A stretch of DNA of 64,000 bases from Sphyrna mokarran (lineage: Eukaryota). Within the stretch, counting starts at the first letter, position 1. Every line of letters begins with the position of its first letter. The notes under the pieces were generated by a model. The model made no database searches, was not told the DNA's origin, and worked only from the letters and a program-made list of their open reading frames with translations. Below are positions 23,411-36,560 of this stretch, piece by piece. The translations under genes were made by a program, and so were the position numbers. Location of the stretch: assembly GCA_024679065.1 (NCBI GenBank), contig JAGIQG010000003.1:57970001-58034000 (forward strand), in the 5' to 3' direction.

Positions 23411-26250
23411 TGGCAGAATGTACATCAGAGAAGGAACCAAGGATAAATCCTTGGGGACTTTAAAGCAAACGGCAGCAAAGGAAGAAAGAGAAATGATGGC
23501 AAGAAGTGCTCTGGCTGAGTTCTGAAGTAAGAGTGGAATCATGTGAGGGCAGTGTCATGGATCTGCATAGCAGTGGAACACTGGAAGAGAATGGTTTGTT
23601 CAACCATGTCAAATATCACAAGAAATGATAAAGTAATGCTGTTATAATGATAGCACATGTCATCATTGTCTTTGATTAGGCTGTTTTAATACTATAAAAA
23701 GTAGGGAAAGCAGCTAAGAAAGATTTTAATAAGGAATTGTGGAAGACACACATTGCACTGTGGTGCAATGAAATGCTTCAATCTTTGAAGGACAGTTGGA
23801 GTGAAAGATAGTGATAATTGTGATTTTTCAAGGGACGTGTGATATGCTTGAGCATTGGGAACCATTCACAGTCTCAGCTAACGGGAAGGGGAGGGATATC
23901 ATTTGAAGCAGCTGAAGATGGTTGGGCTTAGAACGCTGCCCTGAGGAACTCCTGCAGTGATGTCCTGGATCTGGGATGATCTTGAATGACTGCAGCCATT
24001 TTCCTTTGTGTCAGGTATGAATCCGGTCAGTAAAGATTCTCTTCTCTCTCCCCCCCCCGATTCCCACTGACTCTGGTTTTGCTCAGGTTCCTTGTTACCA
24101 CAGTTGTTCGTAACTCAAAAATTGACAAGGCGAAGATGATGATATTGAGAGGACTGACTAGAAACTTGGTCAAAGAGAAAGGTGTTAAAGACAAGAGAGA
24201 GGTTTAAGAAGGACCTAGATGGTCAAGGCTGTTAGTGATAAGGGTTGAAAGGAGTGGAAAGTTTGCAAGAGTCAGAGCTTGAGTTTGTGGAGGTTGCATC
24301 TACTTGAAAAGTAAACAGGGACTGATGTAAAAGTCAAACGAGTGACACAGCCACAGACATATTACACAGATTGGCATCACTAATCTAAGGGGTGAGGGAA
24401 GAGAAAATCATGTCTCATCAAAATTGACTGTTGCCTGTGATGGAACTGTTTTGCTCTTTGTCATTTATTTCCACAACTCTTTTAATGTAGCAAATATCTT
24501 AAGGTACTTCACAGACACCATTGAGAAAAAATTACTGAGGGACTTACTTCAACTAAGTATGTAACACAAAACTCTTCCTAAACTCATGGCGGAGCATTAC
24601 AAAAACTAATTTGCATTTGAACTATAAGGTGATAGGTTTAAGGAAGCATAGTGCAAATTTGACAGTTATTCTTTGATGAAATTTGTGAGGCATTTTCCCA
24701 TATTAGTCCTTGAATCTGAAAATTGTGAATATGTCTGTGTGGGAGAAACTTTGTTTGATTTCCTCCATCTTCATTTGTCTTCCACACCTAATGGAGTTTG
24801 AGCAGATATGCTTAGGTCAGTTTGGATAGGCCACCAGTCTGTTACTAAAGGCTAGAGCTTGAAGGATACCGTCCTTCATCAAGCATGGCTGACCAAGAAT
24901 GTGGCTTGATCTTATACCTGCCTTAGGTATTTTGACAGGATCTATGGATAGATAATCAACCTGTCTGGCCATTGTTTGTTATCAGAGGCAGGGCACTTCC
25001 CACTGCACCACAAGACCTTCCTGGGAAGGAATTGTGTAACTTTGTGGTATGGAATCTGTAACTCATTTCTGTCTTTACAGTTCCATGTTTCCTCTCACCT
25101 TAGCAACAAGTGAAAAATTCTTACCTCATAATGTTATTGGAATAAAGTGGTAAGACAGGTGATAAATGGTGTATTCTCTTGGAAATTAGACCACTGACTA
25201 ATTGGTGATTTGTTTAAATGTAGATGGAGAAAATCATCTTAGTCTTAGCTTGTAATGAAAGCCCTGTGGACACGAAGTGCAGGTGTGTAAAGTGCTAACT
25301 TACCATGATGTGACTGTATGAGATAACGCTGCCCAACTCAGACACATTTATCACAGTGGAGCCAAACATTGTGTCAGCTAATGGTTATTCAGAAATGCTT
25401 TAATGCTGCTAACAAAAAAGTTACTTTCCAGTGCTGAACTATTATTTCAGAAATATTATAATATTTCAGAATATAATAATATTCCACAATTAGCTATTCA
25501 AATGTATGAAGTATAAGTGAATACTGCACTAATTTTTAAGGGCACTATGTTTATGATTGATCCCCAAATTCTTCATTTATTCAAACTTGTGTTGCTCTGG
25601 TAGGTAGCATAAGGTGGGAAATTAATTTTTTAGAATTGAAAAGCTAATTCACAAAGAAAACCGTGCTTCCCTCAGAATTTCTTCAAAGTAAGACCTTGGT
25701 CTTTACTCATCTAGTTCTTCATGAGTTATGAATTTTGGAATCTTGGAATATTGCCATTGAAACCCCATGTCCTAATGAGGTCGTAAAATCCTGCCCCATG
25801 TTTTCCAAATGTACATTCACAACTCTGGATACGCCTTTTTTGTGACCCAGTTTTGGATAAGCCAGGTCTTGTAAACTGTATCATCGTACAAACACCAACT
25901 TGAAAGATAAATAGAGATGTTAAGATAATGTTCATTCTTTAATACAAATCTCATTACTGGCCATTATTAGAGATTTAATGTGTATTGTCCAGCCAATTGA
26001 GATGGTTGGATGTGTTTAAGCGTGCACAGTCTACTGTGGTTAAATTAAATCTTGACCCCAAAATGTTTAATTAATGAGCCAGGCCATGATTTGGTCATGT
26101 ACCATATATTGCTAATAATGGATTTCAGTGCTGTGCACCAAACACTTTAACCTGCAAGATTAAAATGTAGCAAACTAATCCAGTTTGATTCACTACAATG
26201 GCTGGAATAGGATATGTATTAAAGAATAAACATTAACTCAATGTCACAAC

Positions 26251-26440
26251 AAAAACAGAAAATGCTGGAAAATTTCAGCAGGTCTGACAGCGTCTGAGGA
26301 GAGAAAATAGGGCCAATATTTTGAGTCTGGATGACCCTTCGTCGATCTATAAAGGGCCATCCGGACTCAAAGCATTGGCTCTATTCTCTCTGTACAGATG
26401 CTGTCAGACCTATTGAGATTTTCCAGCATTTTCTGTTTTT
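26251..26440. repeat. ~190-bp imperfect palindrome, Penelope-derived inverted terminal repeats
   Basis: aaaaacagaaaatgctggaaaat...attttccagcattttctgttttt; half or decayed copies at ~11310-11440, 27575-27700, 30920-31070, 48095-48175 and 59385-59485. Confidence 0.85.
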
Positions 26441-27074
26441 CTTGCAGAATCCAGCATCTGTAGTATTTTGCATTTTTATATTAAGGCAATATCTCTGTTT
26501 ATATTGATTGAACATACTACTTTGTGTTATTAGCATGATATAAATATAGTTTGCAGGAACACAGTTTCATATTAGCCTGAGACTGGGTGTGCAGAATTGC
26601 ACTATACAGACAGAACATGCAGATATTTGTTGTCCAATTTAAGTGTTGCTGCATGCGGATTTGCTGATGTACCATGCTTACTTGTACTGATTACAATTCG
26701 AACAGTCTAACAACTTAAATTCCCTAAACTAATAGAGAACTTTATTGTGACCCATGTGTTGGTAGTTATGATGTAGCACCCAGCAAGTGGACATCTAATT
26801 ATTTCAAGTGCTGATTGAAACCAGCAACCAGCACTGCACTTTATGCATTCAGCGGCAAATGTGAAAACTGAACATTAATCCTGTTAGGCAGCTCAGAATA
26901 TCCAAATCCTGTTTATTAAGTTCATTAAAACTTGAAATTCAGGGAATTTTTTCCACTTTGACCACAACAAAATTTCAATTCTTTGGAAAGTTCAGGGCAG
27001 GTTAATGATGGCCTTCACTCAAAAGCCTGATTTTCATTACAAAGATTTACAGTTACGTTTCTCCTTGTTTACAG

Positions 27075-27139
27075 TTACCCTCTTGGATTCGATGTCAGCT
27101 CCTGGAGACTTGGGCTGGGTGGCATATCCACCAGAAGGG
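27075..27139 (+). CDS. epha4l: EphA4-like receptor exon 2
   Basis: ccttgtttacag|TT ACC CTC...GAA GGG|gtgagt; (V)TLLDSMSAPGDLGWVAYPPEG; 65 nt, phase 1 to 0. Confidence 0.95.
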
Positions 27140-27937
27140 GTGAGTATACTGTATTCCTTTTCTTTGAATTAATGGCCTGGCAAGGACCAAGGTGTCAAAA
27201 ATGAACTTGAATCCTATTTGGATAGCTACTTGACAGTAGATATCCAAACATGCTTCCTATAAAATAGTGTTTGAAAATTAGCGCAGTGATGTTGTGCCTG
27301 AAACTGAATTGCTATCTCAAATTACCTCTGTAAATTGTCTATTCGGATGTGTTCAGATGGTAGTATATCCTCTGATGTAAGGAATTGAAGTTATAATGGT
27401 AGAGATACATATAGCCATTGATCCATCAAAGACTGAGTCTTGAAGATTTAAAGTTGCAGGGGAGGAGCAGTGGAATGTAGAAACAGTGCAACTTCCTATA
27501 TGTAGAAAGATTTCTTATCATCTGAAATCTTTCTATAGGAAGAGTAAGACAGAAGCTAGATATGGAGTTAGAAAATCAAAATACTGGAAGTCTGAAGGGA
27601 AAGCAAAAAATGGTGAAAATATTCAGCAGGCTGGGCAGAATTTGTGGAGGGAGGTAAAACAGATAACATCTCAGCTCGAAGTCCCTTTGTCAGAACTGCA
27701 AGCACTATGAGGTGAAATTGTTTAAATGAGATGAGAAAAGAACGAAATACAAGACTTTCGATAGGGAAGAAGGCAGGAGAGATTAAATTACAAAGCACTG
27801 ACTATGCAAGAGAAAAGACAAGAAATATAGGTTGTGTCCAGAAGAGGTTAAATGGGAAAATGCAGAATTGTTGGCAACAACTGCTATCCAAAAAATATGA
27901 ATGGGGCAGTGATATGGACTGAAATCATTGAATTCAA

Positions 27938-28160
27938 TGGCCAGAATTTTCTGGTACCCCCTCCCCCCTCACTTCTCCTACCTCCCAATCCCATGGCCTG
28001 TTTTCCGGCAGCAGAGATGGTTCGCCAATGCCCACTGATGGGATATTCTGGTTCTACCAAAATCAGTGGCCATTCGTGTGCTTGCAGGCCATGCTGCTGG
28101 GAGCTCCGCTACAGGAAGGGATAGCCTTTGGTGGGATTGGAAGATCAGGCCAACGGCAAG
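27938..28160. mobile_element. MITE-like non-autonomous DNA transposon
   Basis: ggccagaatttt terminus; internal similarity to 32848-33023 and ~58284-58483. Confidence 0.55.
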
Positions 28161-29887
28161 GTCCAGAATCCCACCCAATATTGAGTCCAGACAGCTGTAA
28201 ATGCCTAATTGAAAGAGGAGGTTCTGTTCCTCATGTTTCCTTTGAGGTTCAGTGGAGCAGTGTAGGTCAAAGTGGGGGAGGAGAGTTAAAGTGACAGATA
28301 ATCAGAAGCATAGGGTAATGAGTTTAAAATTGCTGGAAATGTGTAATCTGCAGGAACTTTCTAAACATCTCAATTTTGTCCTTTTGGGAGCATAATGCAA
28401 TCACAGTGAGGATTTCCAGCAAGATTAAACTGATACATAGATTCACAGGTGGCACTGTGCAATGGGAATCAAAATACAGGAGAGCTAATTTTAATTTTAG
28501 ATTTTCAACAGCAGTGACCCATTCATATTCAGATAAGCTTCACTTACCTCATTCATCAGTGTGACCGAGGTTTCCAATCTGAGTTGATAGGAAGTAATTT
28601 CAACCTTGACTGCTTGGGTGGTAAACCAGTGGGGCAGGTGTCCCACCTCTTACAGAAACTGCCCAATTTCCATTTCTATTAATTTCAATGAATAAAATCT
28701 ACTGCCCAAATGGTGACAGAGAGAATTACCCACGGAGTATTTACAGAAGCTGCTGACGCTCTCCACCTCCTCATTTAGTCTGTTGTGTTATTTGCTCTCC
28801 CCTCCGTGTGCTGAGGTTAATTATTATAAGCAGATTCCAACCATCACACACAGAATGATAACAATCATTGACATTGCAGGTCAGATCCTCCTGCTACTTA
28901 TTTAATACCTTTGGCACACACCTTCCTACCTTGAAGCTGCACACTTGAAAAAAATAATTTCAACTTTGGGTTCAATGACTGAACTTGAAGTAGATGGGCT
29001 AGATTGCAGTATCCTGTTATGATTTATTTTCTTAAGCTCATATTTCTGATAGATATGCAAACTAGAATAATTTAATGGGGAAGGTTATCTAAATAATTTC
29101 ATGGAGGGTCAACTTGACACAGTCGGTGGCACTCTTATCATTAAGTTATGGATTCAAGTCCCACTTAAACGTTTGATATCCTATTTTGTGTGTAACCTTT
29201 TGGGTAGAGTATTAACTTGAGGTGGCAGCAATCTATATCAAGTCATTCAGAAGTACTTCGAGGATCACATGTTACTGTTCAGGGTAGAGCATTGAATACT
29301 CGCCTATTTTCTTATTGAACATCGCTACCCAAACCGATGTCACTTGCTATGGATCTTGTGATGCACAAGTTGTTAACTCTTTTTATATACACGGGTCAGT
29401 GCATCTTAAAGTAATAAATTGTGTGTGAAATGAATGGAGATGCGATTATAGGGCCAAGTATTTTCATTCTTTTATGATCAGGCTCTGCTTATTTGATTCA
29501 GGAATGTAAATCAAAATGGTGATGGAACTCTCAAGTCCAGTTCTGGGATTTGATGGCCATGGAAGGTATATTCATATCATGGCCAATCAGGTTGATTATC
29601 ATTTAAACTCTTCTTGCCTGATAACAGCTGGTAAGAATGGGAAAGTTTTCTAGTCAGCCATATCTCATAAGGCAATGGCAAACCAATGCCGTACTTAACC
29701 AGGCATAATCATGGACCAATCCAGCAAAAGTCCGTGGTCACCAACACACTCGTAGGGCAGGTACCTGAAGGAGGAGGATCAAGTTTACAAATTAAGGTAC
29801 CATGTAGGCTGGAATGTTTTCTTCGGAGCATTGGAAGCTGAGGGAGGTGTACACAGTTATGATGTACAAAATGATGACTCTAGATAA

Positions 29888-30197
29888 AGGGCAGCGTGGT
29901 GACACAGAGGTTAGCACTGCTGCCTCAATGCCAAGAACCCAGGTTCTTGGGTAACTGTCTGTGTGGAGTTTGCACATTCTCCCTATGTCTGTGTGGGTTT
30001 CCTCCCACAGTGCAAAAATGTGTGGGCTAAGATAATTGGCCATGCTAAATTGCTCCTTAGTGTCGGGGATAGGCTGGGTGGAAGAGGTGGTATTAGAGTA
30101 AATATGTGAGGTTATGGGAATAGGGCCATGGTGAGATTTTTGTCTGTGCAGACTTGTTGGGCCGAATGGCCATCTCCTGCACTGTTGGGATTCTATG
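29888..30197 (+). mobile_element. HE1-like SINE nested in a CR1 fragment (~29790-30360)
   Basis: gggcagcgtggtgacacagaggttagcactgctgcctca...gattctatga. Confidence 0.85.
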
Positions 30198-32847
30198 ATA
30201 GAGGAGAAGCCAATAACTAGGGGGTAGCTTATATGTAATTTGCAGGAGAATTAGGTGACAGTTCAGGAGAAATTATTTCTCTTAAAGGTGATGGCGGTTG
30301 AGAACTCACTGCCTGAAAGGTTATAAACGTAGAACCAGTCAATGCATTTAAAAAACAAAAAAAAAGCCTGAAGGTGTCCATAGAGATTTAGTAACTGGGC
30401 TAGCAATTTAGAATCCTGACTAACTGATCTTGAGACATGAATTCAAATCCCATTGCATAAACTGGGGGATTTAATTTGGTAACAAATTGATTTAACAAAA
30501 AAGAATTAGTATCTATAATGGTTAACATCATACTCTTGGATTATTGTTAAAAAGCTTCATGAAAATTTTGAGCTTAAAATTTTCCAAGATTAAAAGGTGA
30601 GGAAAGACATTTGCTGCTGTTATCCAATTATTTCAAGATCACCACTACCCTTTCAAGAGGAAGTTTTGGATGGGCAATAAATATTGGCTTTAACAGTGAT
30701 GCCCACATTTTGTGAATGAATCAAAAAAAGCAACAGACTTCTATTTGAACTCAGTAGTGTTATAATCCCATAGAAACCATGGACTTTTTTAAAAAAAATT
30801 CTCAATATTTGATGACAACCATGAGAGAGAATTTCATGTTTTGCTACTTTTACAAACAAATAATAATCAACATGGAACAGATTACTAATGCACCAAACTA
30901 AAGAGCTGCTTTCATAAATAATAAAAGCAAATTACTGCATTCCTGGAATCTGAAGCCAAAAGAGAAAATGCTGGAAAATCTCAGCAGGTCTTGCAGCATC
31001 TGATAGAGAAAAGAGCTGATGTTTTGAGTGCAGATGACTCTTTCTTTTGCCTTTTTCCAGCATTTTTTCAAAAGGTGCTTTCATATTAAGTAATTAACAT
31101 AACTGATACTTGTTTTACAAAAACTCTTTTTGGAATCTGCAAGATGCATGGCACAAACAACCCCAGATAACTCCCGGTTCTCCAGCAGGCTCAGTTCTCC
31201 TTGCAATGCAAAGTCAAAACTTTCAGTGCCCCTAGAAAATCACTTCACTCAACCTGAGTTTCCTATATTTGATGGTGGTGCCATGCAGGAATTGGAAATC
31301 TTGCCTCAGGACAGTCAGAGGCTTGGATCTCTCCAGCACCTCAGGAGAGATGTGTGGGGTATTAAATCCAGGATTTGAGGGAGGGTCTGACTGGGATCAA
31401 GCTGCAAACTCCAGTGAGAAGGGAAAAGATGGTAGGGGCCAGGATTGATAGGCGAAGAGGGCGGAGAGAAAGGTGAGGAATCTTCCATGGACTCTCTCAG
31501 CCCATTAAAGAGGGACTGCCAGCAATCCAAGCAGGTCAACTCATCAAGCTGACTGCTCGATGTGCAGCTGCCCCTGCCTTCGGTTAAATTCTGGCAGTGG
31601 AGGGAAAAGTCTCTGAGGTGGGAGAGCCTCTCCAAAGATGTTGGCATATTGAGGTGCAAATTTGGTCCCCATGGCTGTTCCATGTGTCTGGATGAAAAGC
31701 TGATAAAGTAAATAAATCGGTTGGATTTAAAACTGGTGTTGCAGACTTCTTACTGTGGGAGAGCACCAGTAAGAGTGTTAGAATTTTCAAGTTGAAAGCT
31801 AACTAAAGCAGGAATGAGGATTTGAGCAGAGATCAGACAGTGTTATGGAGGTGGAAATGGCAGATTTGATGATGAAACAAATGTTGGCCAAAAGCTCAGG
31901 TCAGGGTTAAATATGACAAGTTGCAAATGGTCTATTTTAGCCTTGGAGAGTTGCCAGGGAGATGGATGGAGGCAATCATTGTGTTTAGGCAGCTAGGGAT
32001 CGGCAATAAATGTGGCCTCGTAAGTATCGCCCACAATCCCAAGAATATATAAATATATTTTAAAAATGATCTTACTGGAACAGCAAAATAGAAAATGTTG
32101 CAATTGAAGCTCCCATATGACTCATAACTATATTTAACTTTGTGACTGTTCAAAAGTTGAAGGTGTTTGTTCAGATTTCAAGGAGAGGAGTTGAGCTTGG
32201 AGTTTCTCAGTTAGCGACAACTGAATGTTGGGATCACTTAGGAATTCATTGCTAATGACTGGCTGACGTGCTGGGCACATTGTTTTGGCACCAGGAAAAG
32301 GGAGGATTTTAAATATGGACATGAAGTGTTTTCCAAAAAACATTACTTCTAAATTAAAAAGTAAGGGTAGAGGAAGAACCATGAGGAAAAAATGTTTGTG
32401 ATGTGTCGTTAGGATTTGGAGATCACTGCCTGATAGAATAGTGGATAGGGATTCTATCATCACTAGGATTTTGTGATCTCATTCACGCCGCTGCCACTGT
32501 TAGCGAGAATGGAGATTTTACCATTTGGCCAAAATGATATTGACTTCAACAGGACTGGTGATTCCCAGCTACAAATGAGGTTGAAGAAATCTGACTGTAA
32601 CTTTCAAATGAGAATTAGAACTACTTGAAGGAGAAATATTTGCAGGGACATGGGGAAAGAGTAGGGTTGGGACTACCTAGATAACCCTCCAAAGAGCCAG
32701 TGTTGATGCAGTAGTCCAAATGGCTTCCTTGTGTATTGTACAGAGCTACATTTCTATTGTTCTATGTAATATTCATTAACCAGTTTGAGACATAAACTCG
32801 AGACTTTTGCTTCAAGCAACATACTTGCTTTGAGATGTAGAGGAAAA

Positions 32848-33023
32848 TGGGTGAAATTCTCTAGCCCTTCCTCAGTGTTTCTCTTGGCAGTGTGCCATTC
32901 ACTGGTGGTGAGTTCCTTTGGTCCCGCAGCCGTCAATGGGAATTCCCATTGAAACTACCCCACCAAACCGCTGGGAAACCCATGGCAGGGGGTGCACCAC
33001 TGATGGAGCCAGAGAATTCCGGC
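32848..33023. mobile_element. MITE with short terminal inverted repeats
   Basis: gggtgaaattctct ... agagaattccggcc. Confidence 0.6.
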
Positions 33024-33552
33024 CTATATATTTCACCATTTCTGATTTTTCCATCCCTTCTGCTGAAGCTGCAGACTCCTTGTGATGCATTTCCAAAGAT
33101 GTTGGCCACATTGCAGAACTCACCAAGTTGATATTCCTCAGGCATGAATCTAGATGATGTGACATAATTTCCAATATTCTGCCTGAGTATAAAGCTGGTG
33201 CACTGAATCAGACACTCACTATGGAACGTATCTAATCTTCACTGAAAATTGGGATACCTTCATAATGGACAGTCAGTCACAATGGCCAGTTTTGTGCCTG
33301 ATTGGCAAGTTGAAAATTCACTTTACCAGCACCTGGCTATTTGACTGAGAGGCAAACACAGTCTCTCACATTCAACATCCACCCATCATTGCCTTTAGCC
33401 AGAGGTCAGTGGACAACAAAGAGGACCACATCCTGATTGAGTTTTCTGAGCCCATGGTTGCTGATGCCAAACTAGTGAGCATCAGGGATCCCAAACAATT
33501 GTAGCATTGAGATGTGTAGTATTTTGTAATTAGAAATAGAGACATGTCTCTA

Positions 33553-33850
33553 TGGGGTAGCATGGTGGTATGTGGTTAACACTGCTGCCTCACAATGCTA
33601 GGAACCAGGTTTGATTCCCAGCTTGGGTCGCTGTCAGTGTGGAGTTTGTATGTTCTCCCCATGTCTGCATGGTTTTCCTTCAATGGTCCAGTTTCCTCCT
33701 GCAATCTGAAAAATGTTCTGGTTAATTGGATTGGCATGCTAAATTCTCCCTCAGTATACCCAACAGGCACTGGAGTATGACAATTACAGGATTTTTACAG
33801 TAACTTCATTGCAGAGTTCATGTAAGTCTACTTATGACTAATAAATAAAT
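33553..33850 (+). mobile_element. tRNA-derived SINE with HE1-like head and a different tail
   Basis: Same head as 3415; tail ...cagtaacttcattgcag...aataaataaa. Confidence 0.8.
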
Positions 33851-34127
33851 TTTAGATTTTTACTTTCACGTGTCAGAAAAATCCATCTGAAGGTATAGGT
33901 CGAAGTTCATCCATATAGCTACATCAATGCCATGACTTTAAGTAACAATGGGACCTGATAATTAAAACACAGCTTTTAGAAACCCATTTCACTGTGATAT
34001 TGAGGTGTTGGGTTCAAGAATGGTATGTGATAAAAATTTGTAACAAATATCTGCTGTTATTTTAATGGAGAAAGATTTTTCCTATTGAAAATTTTAACAA
34101 GAGGAGAGTGTTCAGTAAAGTAAGATC

Positions 34128-34567
34128 AGAGGGGCTGGGGAAATCAAAAACATAAAAACAAATACAGAAAAACGAAGATGGTTTTGCTTAAGCAAAGCTA
34201 AATTGTAGATTTTATAGCATTAATGCTCCTGTCAAGATGCAGTAGTGCATTCAACCAAGAAGAATGCTTAGTAGTTTAATGTAAGTAATTTCCATTGGTT
34301 ATTACAGTTTTGTACCCTAAGCTCAGTTAGAAAGCTGAGCACCCTTAATTCAGAAACACGTTCTTTTGTTTGGCTTCCGTCCCTCTCCCCAGTACCAAAA
34401 CAATACAATTGATTTGTCTGGGTCACCAAGAGGCTTTTCAAATAGTGAAAGTTAATGAATTTTTACGTCCACTGAGACTGGAATGGGCACTGATAAATCC
34501 AATTGCAATATCAATCCAATTCAACCACTTTGAACAATTAAAGCCATTTGAAAGACTTCAAATTTTG
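34128..34567 (+). repeat. Copy 1 of old local direct duplication
   Basis: Colinear similarity to 35112-35723. Confidence 0.85.
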
Positions 34568-35111
34568 AACTTCCATTGTTTCAACGAAAAATTTCAATTT
34601 ATATTGATAGCAACTTCTCCAATCAAATGAGGCAAACAGGACCATTTTCTCCCTGTTGATATAACTAAAATTTTCTGGCACATTCCAGTGTGGTCACTGG
34701 AGTGCTGTAGTTGCCTGGCACCCTCACTTAGATGCGATCAGATCTGCTATGGTGCTCGATACCACGATATAATGACTCAGACAAATGTGCTACTGCTGAC
34801 ACCTTAAATGAGCACGTATAAATTAATTGTAACGTGAAAGACATTTGAGATATTCATACATGGCTGGCCACTGAAGGACTTGTGCGGCGAGGACGTTGAA
34901 AACACCAAACTGGGTGATGAGTTTAATATTTTCAAATTGGTTTTAGACAAGAAACAAAAGATGATATTTATGCAGCTGGAATCATTACAGGCATTGGTTA
35001 CCTGGCTTAATCAAGTGAAGCTCCTTGGACAATAAAGCTAATTATAGATTCATTGCAGAGCTGAACACTTTACACAATGATGAAGAATGTCAAGGTTACA
35101 TTAAAATAGCA

Positions 35112-35723
35112 AGAGAGGCTGGGGAAATCCAGAAACATTAAAAATAAATACAGAAAAATGGAGGTGGTTTTCCTTCATCAAAGCTGAAGTGTAGATTTGG
35201 CCGCGTTTAATATCTCAGTTGAGATGCAATAGTGCATTCAACCAAAAAGCATACTTAGCAGTTTAATTCAAGTTATATTAATGGAAATATTGTGCCTTTT
35301 GCTCAGTTAGAAAGCTGAGCATCCCTAATTCAGAAACAGGTTCTTCCTACTCCTCCTCCTTCCACTCACCACCATTTCTGCCATTCAGAGTTAAATATCA
35401 TCAAATTTTGTTTCCTGATTGTTTGAATAGCATTTACTTATTTTCACTCCCGTTTTCTGTCCCTGCCCTGGATTACCGGGCCAGAGAGAAATAATCCCTC
35501 CCTTCTGGAAAAGAAAACAAATTCAGAAATCCTCTGTTTCGCTTCCCTCCCTCCCAGTAGAAAAACAATACAACTGACTAGCCTGGGTCACCAAGAGGCT
35601 TTTCAAATTAATGAACTCATATCTCTACTGGTTCTGGAATGGGTACTGACAATTCCAACTGCAACCTCAAACAGCTTCAACCATTTCAAGCAATTAAAGC
35701 CATTTGATAGACCTCAAATTCTG
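35112..35723 (+). repeat. Copy 2 of old local direct duplication, with ~190 bp of extra internal sequence
   Basis: Shares gctcagttagaaagctgagca, ctgggtcaccaagaggcttttcaaat and caattaaagccatttga with copy 1. Confidence 0.85.
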
Positions 35724-35994
35724 TTTTTTTTTCCTTCCACCTGGGGATGTGTACAGGTCAGTCCTACAATGGCTTCATTCTGTTTCAAGAGACTAATGAT
35801 GGGGAGATTGCAATCATTCTAGTTTTCCTTTTCCATACCTTGACCAAATTATTTTTTTCCTCATGTTTGAGATGCACAGTGAGCGTTGGCAAGTTGTTTC
35901 ATGAGGATGATCCAATTCTATTTGCATGATATATCTAAACATGTACACTTGCAGTCACCCAATAGATATGAGGAGAGATTGGTTTGTTTACTTC

Positions 35995-36560
35995 AACCGT
36001 GGCTCAGTAAGTTGCACTCTTGCCTCTTCAGTCAAAAGTTTGTGGTTAAAATTCCTTTCCAGAAACTTGAGTATGATTCTAGGCTAACATCGCATTACAA
36101 TCCCAAGGGAGTGCTACACTATAGAAGGCGGGAGATTTTTAATGAGTTGGTGTATTGAGGCTAGGGCTAGAATTCTCCTATGTCGTACCCTCCACCACGA
36201 CTGCCAGAGAGAACGCAAAACTTGGCACTCAGCTAAATCTCCATTTATTGCAGTAGAATCCTAGCTGCAGGCAAGGTAGGAGAACTCTGGCCTATATCTT
36301 GAGTAGAAGTAAAAGCAATCACATGTTAACATCATAGAAGAACAGAGATGTCTTCCCTGCTTTCCTAATCAATATTCATCCCCCAACCATCACCTTGAAA
36401 ATGAATTGGCCAATAGTTATCATTGTTTTTGGGAACTTTGTTTATAAATTGGCCACTATGTTTCTTACATTACATTAACCACTTCAAAAGAGCCCCTTTG
36501 TCCTTGGGCTTTCCTTTAGATCTTGAAAATAATAATATAAACACAAGTTGTTGTTTCTTT
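35995..36560 (+). mobile_element. Deu-domain SINE with nested ~130-bp MITE (36164-36293)
   Basis: Head tggctcagtaagttgcactcttgcctct; MITE termini gggctagaattctccta / taggagaactctggcct. Confidence 0.6.
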
